A stretch of DNA of 64,000 nt from positions 1 through 64,000 of IMG/VR virus record IMGVR_UViG_3300032323_001417; one strand, 5' to 3'. Positions 1 to 8,479 of this stretch are shown one piece after another. The translations under genes were made by a program, and so were the position numbers. The notes under the pieces were generated by a model. It searched no databases and was not told where the DNA came from. It was given only the letters and a program-made list of their open reading frames with translations. Position 1 is the stretch's first letter; each line of letters starts with the position of its first letter. The stretch comes from a virus.

Positions 1-77
1 ACATAAAACTCTGGCATCTGCTTACTTGTAGGGATAGTCTGTGTGTATTCTACTGTAACGCCTTCTAATGTTTTCAT
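1..77 (-). CDS. Hypothetical protein, N-terminal part (runs off window), leaderless
   Basis: ATG at 77, MKTLEGVTVEYTQ..., open to window edge; 7 nt downstream of the -10 element. Confidence 0.55.
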   Translation of the reverse strand, partial: MKTLEGVTVEYTQTIPTSKQMPEFY

Positions 78-84
78 AGTTCGT

Positions 85-113
85 ATCCTACTACACTTTC
101 TTTGGAATGTCAA
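85..113 (-). promoter_or_regulatory. Canonical sigma-A promoter TTGACA-N17-TAGGAT
   Basis: Perfect -35 at 113-108, 17-nt spacer, -10 at 90-85. Confidence 0.7.
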
Positions 114-324
114 GTCTTGTTAGGTTATAAGCCAGGATTTCTTCTAGCCTCTGATATTCAGCTAATTCTTCTGAACCCTCTTCTGCAAACTCCCAATGTC
201 CAGTAGTTTTATTATAAATAGTTCCGTCACCCTCTTCTAGCATTACGTTGGTGGTTTCAGCATCTACCATGAAAGCTCCCCAGTCCTCGTCATAAACTAC
301 AACCCAATGATGTTGATAACTCAT
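91..324 (-). CDS. Hypothetical acidic protein
   Basis: ORF track; overlaps upstream stop (ATGA). Confidence 0.7.
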   Translation of the reverse strand: MSYQHHWVVVYDEDWGAFMVDAETTNVMLEEGDGTIYNKTTGHWEFAEEGSEELAEYQRLEEILAYNLTRLDIPKKV

Positions 325-488
325 ACTTCAAACTCCTTAAATGTATCTACTACTACTTGACATACATGATCAAGGTTAATAAGTGTTTTGCAAAAATCCA
401 GGTGGGTCAAAAGATTTTCCTGCAACTGTTCTCTAAGTAATTCTAGTGGTAGCACATCAAAGTGTACCTCATCTTGCCAAGTGTTCAT
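321..488 (-). CDS. Hypothetical protein (start revised to MNTWQDE)
   Basis: ATG at 488 coupled to the stop of 485-616; GGAG upstream. Confidence 0.6.
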   Translation of the reverse strand: MNTWQDEVHFDVLPLELLREQLQENLLTHLDFCKTLINLDHVCQVVVDTFKEFEV

Positions 489-616
489 ACTTCTACTTCT
501 CCTAAGTCCATTAGATATTCTTCTTTGCCACATTCTATGCAACTAAATACCATTTCATCTTCATACTCTAGAAAGGTAGCGTCACACATACAGCACTTAA
601 CCTTGTTCATCAACAT
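485..616 (-). CDS. Small Zn-ribbon protein (CCMC...CIEC), 43 aa, not in track
   Basis: Manual translation MLMNKVKCCMCDATF...CIECGKEEYL; fills the gap between neighbours. Confidence 0.65.
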   Translation of the reverse strand: MLMNKVKCCMCDATFLEYEDEMVFSCIECGKEEYLMDLGEVEV

Positions 617-617
617 A

Positions 618-800
618 CTATACCTCGTGTACGATTACGTCTTGTAGGTGCATAACTTCGGGGTCAATCTTGTAATAACTCAAAATGTTCTGTCTTGCTT
701 GTTCAATAATAAACTCATCAGATAAGTCTGGCTCATCAAAAGAAACACTTGTAATCATTACCATAGCCTCTAATACAAACTCTACATTATAGTTATACAT
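618..800 (-). CDS. Hypothetical protein
   Basis: ORF track; tight operon packing. Confidence 0.7.
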   Translation of the reverse strand: MYNYNVEFVLEAMVMITSVSFDEPDLSDEFIIEQARQNILSYYKIDPEVMHLQDVIVHEV

Positions 801-1027
801 TAGTTAATCTCCACTTCTAATCCGTGATACTCTAAAGAAATCATTGTCTGTTCTAAGTCAGCAGAGTCGTCACACTCATCATAGTAGCCAAGGTTCTTAA
901 AATGATTCCAAGCATCATCATTGTCAAATTCTGGGTTCTCTGCTACATACGCTTCCCAGTCTTTTTGATCTATCTTCATTGACCATTGTGATTCAAAAGT
1001 TCCTTGAAAGGTTCCTGTCAAATACAT
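800..1027 (-). CDS. Hypothetical acidic protein
   Basis: ORF track; TAATG coupling. Confidence 0.7.
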   Translation of the reverse strand: MYLTGTFQGTFESQWSMKIDQKDWEAYVAENPEFDNDDAWNHFKNLGYYDECDDSADLEQTMISLEYHGLEVEIN

Positions 1028-1284
1028 TACACTATCTCCAGTCTGTTCTTGGCAAAGAATAGGTCTGTGCCGTCTTCATCTTTAATTGAAATCTGTGCGG
1101 GTACATCAAATTTGTCAAGGAATAAATTATGTTCTATCTGCCATTCTTGATCTTTAACAAATTCAATCATTGCTTCGTGACTAATAGGATAACCATGAAT
1201 ACCATACTCACCTGTTGCCAACATCATTTTAATTAATGCCTCTTCTGAATAAATAATTTCTGTTGTTGCTACTAGATAGGTCAT
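1027..1284 (-). CDS. Hypothetical protein
   Basis: ORF track; coupled stop/start. Confidence 0.7.
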   Translation of the reverse strand: MTYLVATTEIIYSEEALIKMMLATGEYGIHGYPISHEAMIEFVKDQEWQIEHNLFLDKFDVPAQISIKDEDGTDLFFAKNRLEIV

Positions 1285-1451
1285 ACCTTTTTCTCCCTAA
1301 TTACTATTTGAACCATTTCTTCTGTGTTATAAAACTTCTTTACAAAATTATAAGCAGTTTCCCATTGTTCTAATTCAATGCCACCAACATTGTGTAATTC
1401 AACAAAGTGGTCTGCTAACTCACTTAGTAGTGGGTCTGTTACGTCAATCAT
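1281..1451 (-). CDS. Hypothetical protein (start revised to MIDVTDP)
   Basis: AAAGGA RBS before ATG 1451; the track start lies inside the promoter. Confidence 0.65.
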   Translation of the reverse strand: MIDVTDPLLSELADHFVELHNVGGIELEQWETAYNFVKKFYNTEEMVQIVIREKKV

Positions 1452-1592
1452 TTTTGTCCTTTTGTAGGTTGATACTTTGTATCCTATCACAGGGGTCTGA
1501 CATTTTTGCCCAGGCTATTCCAGAGGAGTTCTTAATTGTTCATAAATGACTAATAAGATAAACAGGGGGCGCGGCTCTCAGCTCGTGAGAGT

Positions 1593-1627
1593 GAGCAGTT
1601 TATAGTCTGGTTATGGTGCTCAGGACT
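1593..1627 (-). ncRNA. Putative H-type pseudoknot in 3' UTR (copy A)
   Basis: AGUC CU GAGCA N9 GACU AUAAAC UGCUC; paralog at 2821-2848 with a compensatory pair. Confidence 0.5.
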
Positions 1628-1684
1628 GTCCCCTTTATTTATTCTCCGTGGCTGTGGGAGTTTCTTCCGTTCGGTTGTGTCCTA

Positions 1685-2674
1685 CTAGGCGAAAGCAACT
1701 TCTTTCACAATGGAAAGTAGTTTGTTCTTTTCTGCTGTGATAACTGGGTCAAAGCCTGATGCACTTGCAAGGATTCCCTCGTTGTTGCCATTACGGGCAG
1801 AACGATACCAGTCAAGTCTTTCAGTCAATGTGTTAAAAGCACCCCAAGCAGTATTGTTAATCATTGAATTAGTATCTGATGCAAAAATCTCATCTAACAA
1901 TTCAATCTTGGTTTCCCACTTGGTCATTGCACCCTTTGCATCTTTCTTTGGCATTGGATAAGCCTTTTCAACAATCTTATTGAAAGTATCTTTTGTGATT
2001 TCCTTTTCAATAAGTTCTTGAGCCATTTTGTCAAAAGCATCCATGTAAGTATTAGCAAGACCCAATGCTTCACGAGCAACTAAGATACGACCCTCAAGTG
2101 TTGATGTGTGTCGCATCTTGAAAGACTGCTTAACACCACGAAGAGCCATGTCAAGAGTGTTAGCACACACAACACGAACAGGTGTTACTGATGCACGAAC
2201 AGCAAGTGAACCGTCATGTGATGTGTTTACAAGTAAGTAAGACTTAACAACATCTGCAACGCCACTTGGGTCAAGTACGGTCTCACGCTCAAGAGCAAGA
2301 GAACCAAATACAACACGACCATTCTTTAGTGAACCAGCGGTTTCCCAACGAGCACCGTCAAGAAGATTATCTGCAAAAGCAAATAGTTCTTCATTCTGTA
2401 AAGTCTGGTAACGCTCACCAACAACTGCTAGAACATCTGGGTGTCCGTCTTCTGGGTGGTCACGAACAACAAGAAAGTTAGATTTGCTTGATGTGTAATC
2501 TTCAGGTAGTTGAACATCTTCAAGACGTACATTCCAGTTTGATAAGTTTGCTATGTCCATAACTTCACTTGTGGTGTGCTCTTCTGTAACAACAGTTCCT
2601 AGACCATGCCAAGCAGGTTCACGAAATGAATACATAGAACCAACACCGTTTATAACTTCGACTGCATCAGCCAT
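1685..2674 (-). CDS. DUF932 (phage/plasmid TIGR03299-like) protein
   Basis: REPAWHGLG, ETAGSL, NTSHDGS, TPVRVVCANTL motifs typical of DUF932. Confidence 0.85.
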   Translation of the reverse strand: MADAVEVINGVGSMYSFREPAWHGLGTVVTEEHTTSEVMDIANLSNWNVRLEDVQLPEDYTSSKSNFLVVRDHPEDGHPDVLAVVGERYQTLQNEELFAFADNLLDGARWETAGSLKNGRVVFGSLALERETVLDPSGVADVVKSYLLVNTSHDGSLAVRASVTPVRVVCANTLDMALRGVKQSFKMRHTSTLEGRILVAREALGLANTYMDAFDKMAQELIEKEITKDTFNKIVEKAYPMPKKDAKGAMTKWETKIELLDEIFASDTNSMINNTAWGAFNTLTERLDWYRSARNGNNEGILASASGFDPVITAEKNKLLSIVKEVAFA

Positions 2675-2820
2675 TTTTTCTCCTATTAGGTAGTTTGTTT
2701 AATAGTCTTACTATAACACAAAGGTCTGACATTTCCTAATCTCATCAGACATTTCAGGGGCATTTTTTAATCTTCTTAAATAACGATTTGATAACGGGGC
2801 GCGGATCAAGCTTTGAGAGG

Positions 2821-2848
2821 GGGCAGTTTATTGTCAATGCCCAGGACT
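2821..2848 (-). ncRNA. Putative H-type pseudoknot in 3' UTR (copy B)
   Basis: AGUC CU GGGCA UU GACA AUAAAC UGCCC. Confidence 0.5.
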
Positions 2849-2867
2849 TTCCTACCTACTAGGAAAC

Positions 2868-3377
2868 CTAGTACCTTTCGTCTATTGAATCAATGTCTGC
2901 ATCAGATTCTAAAATCTCATACTTAGATTCATTAGAAGAGATTTCAATGTCAAAGTCATAGATGCTTAGGTCAGACACATCTTCATTAACTGGAATGGAA
3001 ACAGTTGCTTTGATTGTTACATTGAATTCAACTTCAACTTCTTTAGATAAATCAATACCAAAGATGTTTGCAATTTCAGTTGCGTGTTCTTCACCAATCT
3101 CATCAAAGTTCTCAACAAGGTATTCTTTTAACTTGTCTTGTGCTCGTGAGTTACGGTTGTTGGTTTCTTGCACTGCATCTAGTCTCCAGTAAGTTCTGGA
3201 AATGTCGTCTGCATTTTCTACTTCAAACTTTGAATCTGAAGGTGTGCCATAGTAGTAGCCCTTGCGTACTAAGATAGTTGCCTTTGGGTCATACGCTGGT
3301 GTTACTGCCACTTGGTCTGTCATTGGTGTTATAGTTGCTGGTATTCCGAATGTTGGCTCACTTGTTGTGAATTCCAC
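2868..3377 (-). CDS. Hypothetical protein
   Basis: GTG start with AAGGAG RBS; own promoter at 3411-3432. Confidence 0.75.
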   Translation of the reverse strand: MEFTTSEPTFGIPATITPMTDQVAVTPAYDPKATILVRKGYYYGTPSDSKFEVENADDISRTYWRLDAVQETNNRNSRAQDKLKEYLVENFDEIGEEHATEIANIFGIDLSKEVEVEFNVTIKATVSIPVNEDVSDLSIYDFDIEISSNESKYEILESDADIDSIDERY

Positions 3378-3379
3378 GT

Positions 3380-4174
3380 TTATTCTCCTTGTAGGTTGGT
3401 TGTTGAAACTAGTGTATCAGAGAGGTCTGACAATTCTTGCCATTCCTCTAATTCCGTGTCCCACTTGTATTTAGTGGTATCTATTGGGCAATCTTCAAAA
3501 GCATACTCAATGTCTTCATACTGACATTGACACTCTCTTTCTAATGCCTCGTAGTCTGCGTGGCTTGATGGAATGTCGTACTCATTACAGGCAATGTCTT
3601 CTCCACCTAAGAATGTGCAACTGCCACCCCAACCTTGCTCTTCCTCATACTCATAGTCAAACTCAAGAGTTGGATACTGTTCTGATAGTTTCATTAGAAC
3701 CTCACCAACAGGACTCCAAGCGGTTTGGAAATGGTACATAACAGAACCATCATCATTAACTGTTTTAATAGTGTTAGGATAATCATTATTATTATCTACT
3801 GCTACGTCCCACTTAGTTCCCCAGTTACGGCAGTTCCAATGATACCAGTCTTGGTCTTCTTTCATAGAGCGAACAAACTCTTGCATAAAAGATTCGCCAT
3901 CCATTTTGCCATCTTCATTTACTTTGATGTTCTTGTTACCCTTGAAAGTATCTGTTTCATAGTATGCTTCAAGGTCTGTTGGTTTTACAATGTTCCAAAA
4001 AGCAAATACAGGATTGTCATAGTGCTGTTCGTCAGCAACCCAAACAATTTCATTGTTTTCAAATTTGTGTTCAGGAAAATGTTTTACGAATGGCTGGTTA
4101 AGTTGTGCAACCATCTTATCTAATTCTGACTGTTCGCCAGATACAACTAATGTGTTAAATACCCAGTTTGGCAT
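3380..4174 (-). CDS. DUF1281/YubB-like ferredoxin-fold protein
   Basis: MPNWVFN, WYHWNCRNWGTKWD, FQTAWSP motifs. Confidence 0.75.
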   Translation of the reverse strand: MPNWVFNTLVVSGEQSELDKMVAQLNQPFVKHFPEHKFENNEIVWVADEQHYDNPVFAFWNIVKPTDLEAYYETDTFKGNKNIKVNEDGKMDGESFMQEFVRSMKEDQDWYHWNCRNWGTKWDVAVDNNNDYPNTIKTVNDDGSVMYHFQTAWSPVGEVLMKLSEQYPTLEFDYEYEEEQGWGGSCTFLGGEDIACNEYDIPSSHADYEALERECQCQYEDIEYAFEDCPIDTTKYKWDTELEEWQELSDLSDTLVSTTNLQGE

Positions 4175-4289
4175 TGTTACTTCTTTCTAGTAGGTTATGA
4201 TGAAATCATACCACAAGGGTCTGACATTTTCAGGGGCTCTTCTTAAACTTCTTAAATAAGTTATCCACAGGGGGCGCGGCTTAGCTCTG

Positions 4290-4363
4290 CGATCTGGATG
4301 GGACTTGAACCCACGACCTCCGCCGTGACAGGGCGGTGCTCTAACCAACTGAGCCACCAGACC
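4290..4363 (-). tRNA. tRNA-Asp(GTC), CCA not encoded
   Basis: Acceptor stem GGTCTGG/CCAGATC, D-arm, anticodon arm CCGCC-CTGTCAC-GGCGG, GGTTCAAGTC T-loop. Confidence 0.93.
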
Positions 4364-4447
4364 AAAGGTGTGCCAGGATTTAGATCTCTATCATTCAATC
4401 ACCAACAACCTGGCGGTATTGGCTACCTTTTAATTAATTGAGTTACC

Positions 4448-4924
4448 TTACCAAGAGGCTTGGTACTCAAAATAGTCGAACTTACTATTGAGGCATCTGT
4501 CAATAATACCAATAGTGTCATTCAAATCTCCAAAGTAATACTCATCATAGTTAGTAGAACCAAAGAAGAATCCACTACCTGTTGGCAATTCTTCTTCTGC
4601 TACTTCTGGATTAGCAATTACATTTATGCAAGTTTCTTTTAGAGTTTCTAAATCTTCTCTACGAACTGTAATTGGCTGACATTCATCAACACCATCTGCT
4701 AAGTTATTTACAAACCAATGATGAATCATGTTTGACTTACGCCAGTAACCCATTGGTACATCAACGGTAATTCCAGCAAAGCCAGTAGTGTCAATTACAT
4801 CTTCTAATTCAAGACTGCTGACAATTTCATTGAATAGAGGATTTATTGTGTCCTCATCAGTTTGACGATTAAAGTTGTGACGGTATACATACTCACTTGC
4901 ACGAAGGTACATGTCTAGTCCCAT
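4448..4924 (-). CDS. Conserved phage protein (MGLDMYL...YWRK...YQASW family)
   Basis: GGAG RBS before ATG 4924; motifs common in phage early regions. Confidence 0.75.
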   Translation of the reverse strand: MGLDMYLRASEYVYRHNFNRQTDEDTINPLFNEIVSSLELEDVIDTTGFAGITVDVPMGYWRKSNMIHHWFVNNLADGVDECQPITVRREDLETLKETCINVIANPEVAEEELPTGSGFFFGSTNYDEYYFGDLNDTIGIIDRCLNSKFDYFEYQASW

Positions 4925-4981
4925 TGTGGACTCCATTCTTTTGTAGGTAAGTTTATCTTAGCAGAGAGGTCTGACAGTTTT

Positions 4982-5016
4982 AAGGTGGGGTGCAAGGGTA
5001 AGAAACACCCCACCTA
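4982..5016 (-). terminator. Hairpin terminator
   Basis: AGGTGGGGTG/CACCCCACCT stem right after the stop at 5029. Confidence 0.55.
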
Positions 5017-5028
5017 AACTTGTCTTAA

Positions 5029-5184
5029 CTACTTAGCAGTAGTCCAACGGTCTTGACCATTTACATCAAGACGGATACGCATTGAGCCGTTAGCGTTCTT
5101 TACGACTTCCTGAACGATACCAGTTACTTTGCTCTTTGCTGTTACGAACTGTGAGCCAACAGTTGGGGCGATTGTCTTTGCCAT
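5029..5184 (-). CDS. Small basic beta-rich protein, 51 aa, not in track
   Basis: MAKTIAPTVGSQFVTAKSKVTGIVQEVV...; own promoter and terminator. Confidence 0.7.
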   Translation of the reverse strand: MAKTIAPTVGSQFVTAKSKVTGIVQEVVKNANGSMRIRLDVNGQDRWTTAK

Positions 5185-5283
5185 TTGCTTCTCTTTTCTT
5201 TGGGGGAATTGTTTCCCGTTGTTGTTATAGTAATACTATACCAGAAAGGTCTGACAAAATCAAATCCATTCAGGTAATTCCAG

Positions 5284-5299
5284 GGTGATAAAGATCACT
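5284..5299. promoter_or_regulatory. CRP/GlxR-like site
   Basis: GGTGA-TAAAGA-TCACT. Confidence 0.45.
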
Positions 5300-5348
5300 T
5301 CTTAAATGCTTGACAAATATGGGATCTTGGGGCGCGGCTTCGCAGCTC

Positions 5349-5477
5349 CTACACCCTTTCCCTTTCTCGCAGGTATTCAATGTAAATTTCAGTAGATGCC
5401 ATTTCACTCATTAGTCTATCTAACTTAGTAAATGTATCTTCTTCAATTACTTCTGGTTTCTTATTAAATAATTTCAT
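5349..5477 (-). CDS. Hypothetical protein (start revised to MKLFNKK)
   Basis: ATGA coupling with 5474-5623. Confidence 0.55.
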   Translation of the reverse strand: MKLFNKKPEVIEEDTFTKLDRLMSEMASTEIYIEYLRERERV

Positions 5478-5623
5478 AGCCATTCTGCTAAATCTCCATC
5501 TGCTATTTCTGAATAGTCCATACCTTGTGATTCTGCAATTGCTTCCCACAATTGTTCTTCTGTGTAGTTTCCATCTGGATACCACTCTGTTAAAATACCG
5601 TATAAATCTTTCATCTTACTCAT
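5474..5623 (-). CDS. Small acidic protein, 49 aa, not in track
   Basis: MSKMKDLYGILTEWYPDG...; TAATG coupling. Confidence 0.6.
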   Translation of the reverse strand: MSKMKDLYGILTEWYPDGNYTEEQLWEAIAESQGMDYSEIADGDLAEWL

Positions 5624-5961
5624 TATGCAAATACCTTTCCATACAATTCAACTGTGCTACCGTCATCTAAATCGGTAAGTAGATTGTTTACTAAATCTAA
5701 TACAACTGTCTTATCAAAATTGTTACCAATTTCTGAACGGTTAATTGCATAGATACCAAAACCAGTTTCATCTAAAACATAGTCTTTAATCAGGTGTGAG
5801 ATAACCATACGGGTAAAGTATGAATAGTCACCCTTGCGTGGCTGTGCGTGTACCAATGCATCAATTAAATCATTTTCCCAATTTGATTCACCCCAATGTG
5901 AATACAAGACGGTTAATGATTCTGTTCCATCATCAAATACGAAATTAATTCTTGCACCCAT
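5623..5961 (-). CDS. Conserved phage hypothetical protein (MGARINF...LYSHWG)
   Basis: ORF track; operon context. Confidence 0.75.
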   Translation of the reverse strand: MGARINFVFDDGTESLTVLYSHWGESNWENDLIDALVHAQPRKGDYSYFTRMVISHLIKDYVLDETGFGIYAINRSEIGNNFDKTVVLDLVNNLLTDLDDGSTVELYGKVFA

Positions 5962-5962
5962 T

Positions 5963-6079
5963 TTAGTAACCTGCTTCCTTTAACATTTTTTCAATTGCTT
6001 GCAATTCTTCGGTAGACAATTTCTCAATTGCCTTTTCATCTATAACACCCTCAAATAAGTTTATTAGTAGTTCACTCAT
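5963..6079 (-). CDS. Small helical protein, 38 aa, not in track
   Basis: MSELLINLFEGVIDEKAIEKL...; GAGGA RBS. Confidence 0.6.
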   Translation of the reverse strand: MSELLINLFEGVIDEKAIEKLSTEELQAIEKMLKEAGY

Positions 6080-6080
6080 T

Positions 6081-6332
6081 TTATTCCTCTTCCCAACTAG
6101 CAAAATTATTCATAGTGCAAAAACAATCGTTACACATACCAGAAATAAATCTTTCACGAATACCTGCATCATAGTCTTTCAATACATCTTGACAATAAGC
6201 ACCTTGATTGTATGCAAATAATTGTTCTGATGAAATAGAAACGGTTTTGGTTGTGCCACAATCAGGGCAAGGTAATGATGTAACGACATAACGGTCATTC
6301 ATCACTTTCATTGGATTAGTCAAAGTGAACAT
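6081..6332 (-). CDS. Zn-binding hypothetical protein (CPDC...CNDC)
   Basis: ORF track; GAAAGGA RBS; promoter at 6363-6384. Confidence 0.75.
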   Translation of the reverse strand: MFTLTNPMKVMNDRYVVTSLPCPDCGTTKTVSISSEQLFAYNQGAYCQDVLKDYDAGIRERFISGMCNDCFCTMNNFASWEEE

Positions 6333-6463
6333 AGTGTTCCTTTCGTTTGTAGGTATGATTTCATCATAGCATAAGGGTCTGACATTTTCTCAGGGGGTCC
6401 AGGCTATTTTCTTAAAAGTCTTAAAAAAGTTATCCACAGGGGGGCGCGGCTCCCCAGCTGCCC

Positions 6464-6601
6464 CTACTTGCCGTCAGTCCACCTAGAACTATTTACAAAA
6501 TCGGAATTAGAATTCTTTTTCCATTTTATTGCATCAAGAAATGCTAAGGCTGGTAGAAATAATAAACTTGCTAGAAATAATAGAAACAGAAATTTTATCA
6601 T
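6464..6601 (-). CDS. Small membrane/secreted protein, 45 aa, not in track
   Basis: MIKFLFLLFLASLLFLPALAFL hydrophobic N-terminus; TAATG coupling. Confidence 0.55.
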   Translation of the reverse strand: MIKFLFLLFLASLLFLPALAFLDAIKWKKNSNSDFVNSSRWTDGK

Positions 6602-6732
6602 TAGTCAAACAATTCCTTTTTGTGTTTTGGTTTACGCTTGTATGCTTTTTTATTTTTGTGTGGAACGGCTGCATTACTCCTACGCAACTCAAGCCTAGCC
6701 CTAAGTTGTTCAGGTGTTGCTATAAATTTCAT
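6601..6732 (-). CDS. Small basic protein with ArfA-like C-terminal motif, 43 aa, not in track
   Basis: MKFIATPEQLRARLELRRSNAAVPHKNKKAYKRKPKHKKELFD; ATGA coupling. Confidence 0.65.
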   Translation of the reverse strand: MKFIATPEQLRARLELRRSNAAVPHKNKKAYKRKPKHKKELFD

Positions 6733-7013
6733 TCTTCCTCCCATTCAGGTTCAGATACCCAAGCATCTAAACGATGACCCTCAACAATTGCAGAGGCAGG
6801 TGCATAGTTACTACCACGCCACGAAATTCCTTGAGGCAATTCAATTTCTGCAAAGTAGTCCTCATTCCAAATTGCGTTAATAGCATCTATGCAAGGCTGT
6901 ACCATTGAGGACGGTACTGGAGGATAGCAATTGTATTGCAAGTGTAGGTTAATCTGTGCCTCAAGTGGCATTGTATCCATAGTGGATAATTCAGTTGCAA
7001 AGTTTAGTCCCAT
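6729..7013 (-). CDS. Hypothetical protein (start MGLNFAT)
   Basis: ORF track; promoter at 7046-7067. Confidence 0.75.
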   Translation of the reverse strand: MGLNFATELSTMDTMPLEAQINLHLQYNCYPPVPSSMVQPCIDAINAIWNEDYFAEIELPQGISWRGSNYAPASAIVEGHRLDAWVSEPEWEEE

Positions 7014-7069
7014 TTTATTTCTCATTTCTTGTAGGTAGGGTATTTATTCTATCAGATAGGTCTGACATT

Positions 7070-7261
7070 TTAGAATGGTGGGAATGACCAACAAGGCACA
7101 AATTCCTCATAGGTCTTGTTTATTCTTTTGATAACTATTTCAGCAAACATTGGTTCAACGCCTGACGATGCAGACTTGACGGGCTGACCAATGTATTCTA
7201 AATACATCTTGACATCTTTTGAAGGAATGTCTAACTGCTTAGCAATTTCATAGACTCTCAT
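7070..7261 (-). CDS. Stand-alone translation initiation factor IF-2 N-terminal domain protein
   Basis: MRVYEIAKQLDIPSKDV...VKSASSGVE matches the IF2_N pattern RVYELAKELG..SK...V.SASS; GGAGG RBS. Confidence 0.75.
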   Translation of the reverse strand: MRVYEIAKQLDIPSKDVKMYLEYIGQPVKSASSGVEPMFAEIVIKRINKTYEEFVPCWSFPPF

Positions 7262-7410
7262 AGTGCCTCCTCAAAGTCAGGGGATTCAAAGGTGTATCCA
7301 TACACTCTTTCAAATTCATCAACAGTCATCTTACCCTTGTAGGTATCACAGCACACAACCTGTTCAGCAAACATTTCTTGCTCACAGAAACAACAAATAA
7401 ATTCTGTCAT
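7258..7410 (-). CDS. Small Cys-rich protein, 50 aa, not in track
   Basis: MTEFICCFCEQEMFAEQVVCCDTYKG...; GAGGA RBS; promoter at 7435-7456. Confidence 0.65.
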   Translation of the reverse strand: MTEFICCFCEQEMFAEQVVCCDTYKGKMTVDEFERVYGYTFESPDFEEAL

Positions 7411-7538
7411 TTTATTTCCTCTCTTTATAAGAACACTCTAGCATAGGGGTCTGACAATTTTTTCAGGGCGATTATCCACAACTTCTTAACAGCCTGTGGA
7501 TAACGGGGGCGCGGCTCTTTTTAGCTGAGCCTGGTGTG

Positions 7539-8075
7539 CTAGGCTGCACTCCCCCTATACACAACCCAGATTAGTGCTTGAATAGTGCGAGGTGTCATTG
7601 CAGTTTCTTGAGCAATTTTTTCAATAGCCTCAGACAGTTGGCTGTAGTCTGTTTTGTTAGGGCTGTCTTTTGTTAGACCTGCTGATCGCATCATCCAAAT
7701 GTCAATCGTGATTGCATTTTCATCACCTGCAATGTTGCGAGCAAATGAATTTGTTTTCTTTCCATTAAGTGCATCGAAACCAATTTCTAAAGCACGTTGA
7801 GCCATTTTAAGATTGTTAGGTAGGCAACGCATGGTGTCATCGCCATGAGCGAATCTAAGTGCCTGACGAACGTTAGTTGACCAACGCTGACGAGGTGAGA
7901 ACGCTGACACAATACTAGCCGCTTGTTCAAGCGATACATCCATGCCTCGTGTCTTGTAAATGTCTACAATCTCATGGGCAACGGCTTCAGCATCTGCATA
8001 CCATTGGGTTGCTTGTTCGATCTGTGATGCCTTAGCACTCTTAACAATTTGGCGGTAGGTATTTTCGTAGTTCAT
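7539..8075 (-). CDS. Phage protein with possible HhH-GPD/glycosylase-like fold
   Basis: WY...SAFSPRQRW..N, GKKTNSF..NI.G....TIDIWM motifs; start revised to MNYENTY. Confidence 0.6.
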   Translation of the reverse strand: MNYENTYRQIVKSAKASQIEQATQWYADAEAVAHEIVDIYKTRGMDVSLEQAASIVSAFSPRQRWSTNVRQALRFAHGDDTMRCLPNNLKMAQRALEIGFDALNGKKTNSFARNIAGDENAITIDIWMMRSAGLTKDSPNKTDYSQLSEAIEKIAQETAMTPRTIQALIWVVYRGSAA

Positions 8076-8326
8076 GTCTATCTCATTTCTAGTAGGTATC
8101 TCTGATACTAGCACACACCCCTGACAAAAACAAGACTATTAGACATTATTTTTATAAAATTTTCAGGGCAATTTCAGGGGATTTCTTAACTATCGTAACA
8201 AGGGTTATCCACAGAGCCGCGCCCCCTCGGGCGTGTCGCAGCTGTCTAGTCTGTGTATTTATCCACTAGCAAATAAATAAAAGTGGCAAGGGATAAAATT
8301 AAAACCCAAGAATAAAAACTATTCAT

Positions 8327-8479
8327 TTAGTATTCACCTCTCAACACAAATGCAAACGAGTGTTTTCCTAAATCAAAAATCAGGGAAGTATTTTTGGTTT
8401 CTGTTTTTTTATTGTAGTAAGTTGAGAAACTAATTCCAAGAATAAAAGTTCCGTCAATTTTATTATGTACAAATCTCAT
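8327..8479 (-). CDS. Hypothetical protein, 50 aa, not in track
   Basis: MRFVHNKIDGTFILGISF...; TAATG coupling. Confidence 0.55.
   Translation of the reverse strand: MRFVHNKIDGTFILGISFSTYYNKKTETKNTSLIFDLGKHSFAFVLRGEY

Noticed and set aside
1710-6880. Plus-strand track ORFs in the left arm (e.g. 1710, 2266, 2962, 3725, 6468, 6529, 6620)
   Set aside because: Antisense shadows of RBS-bearing minus-strand genes, including small genes the track missed.
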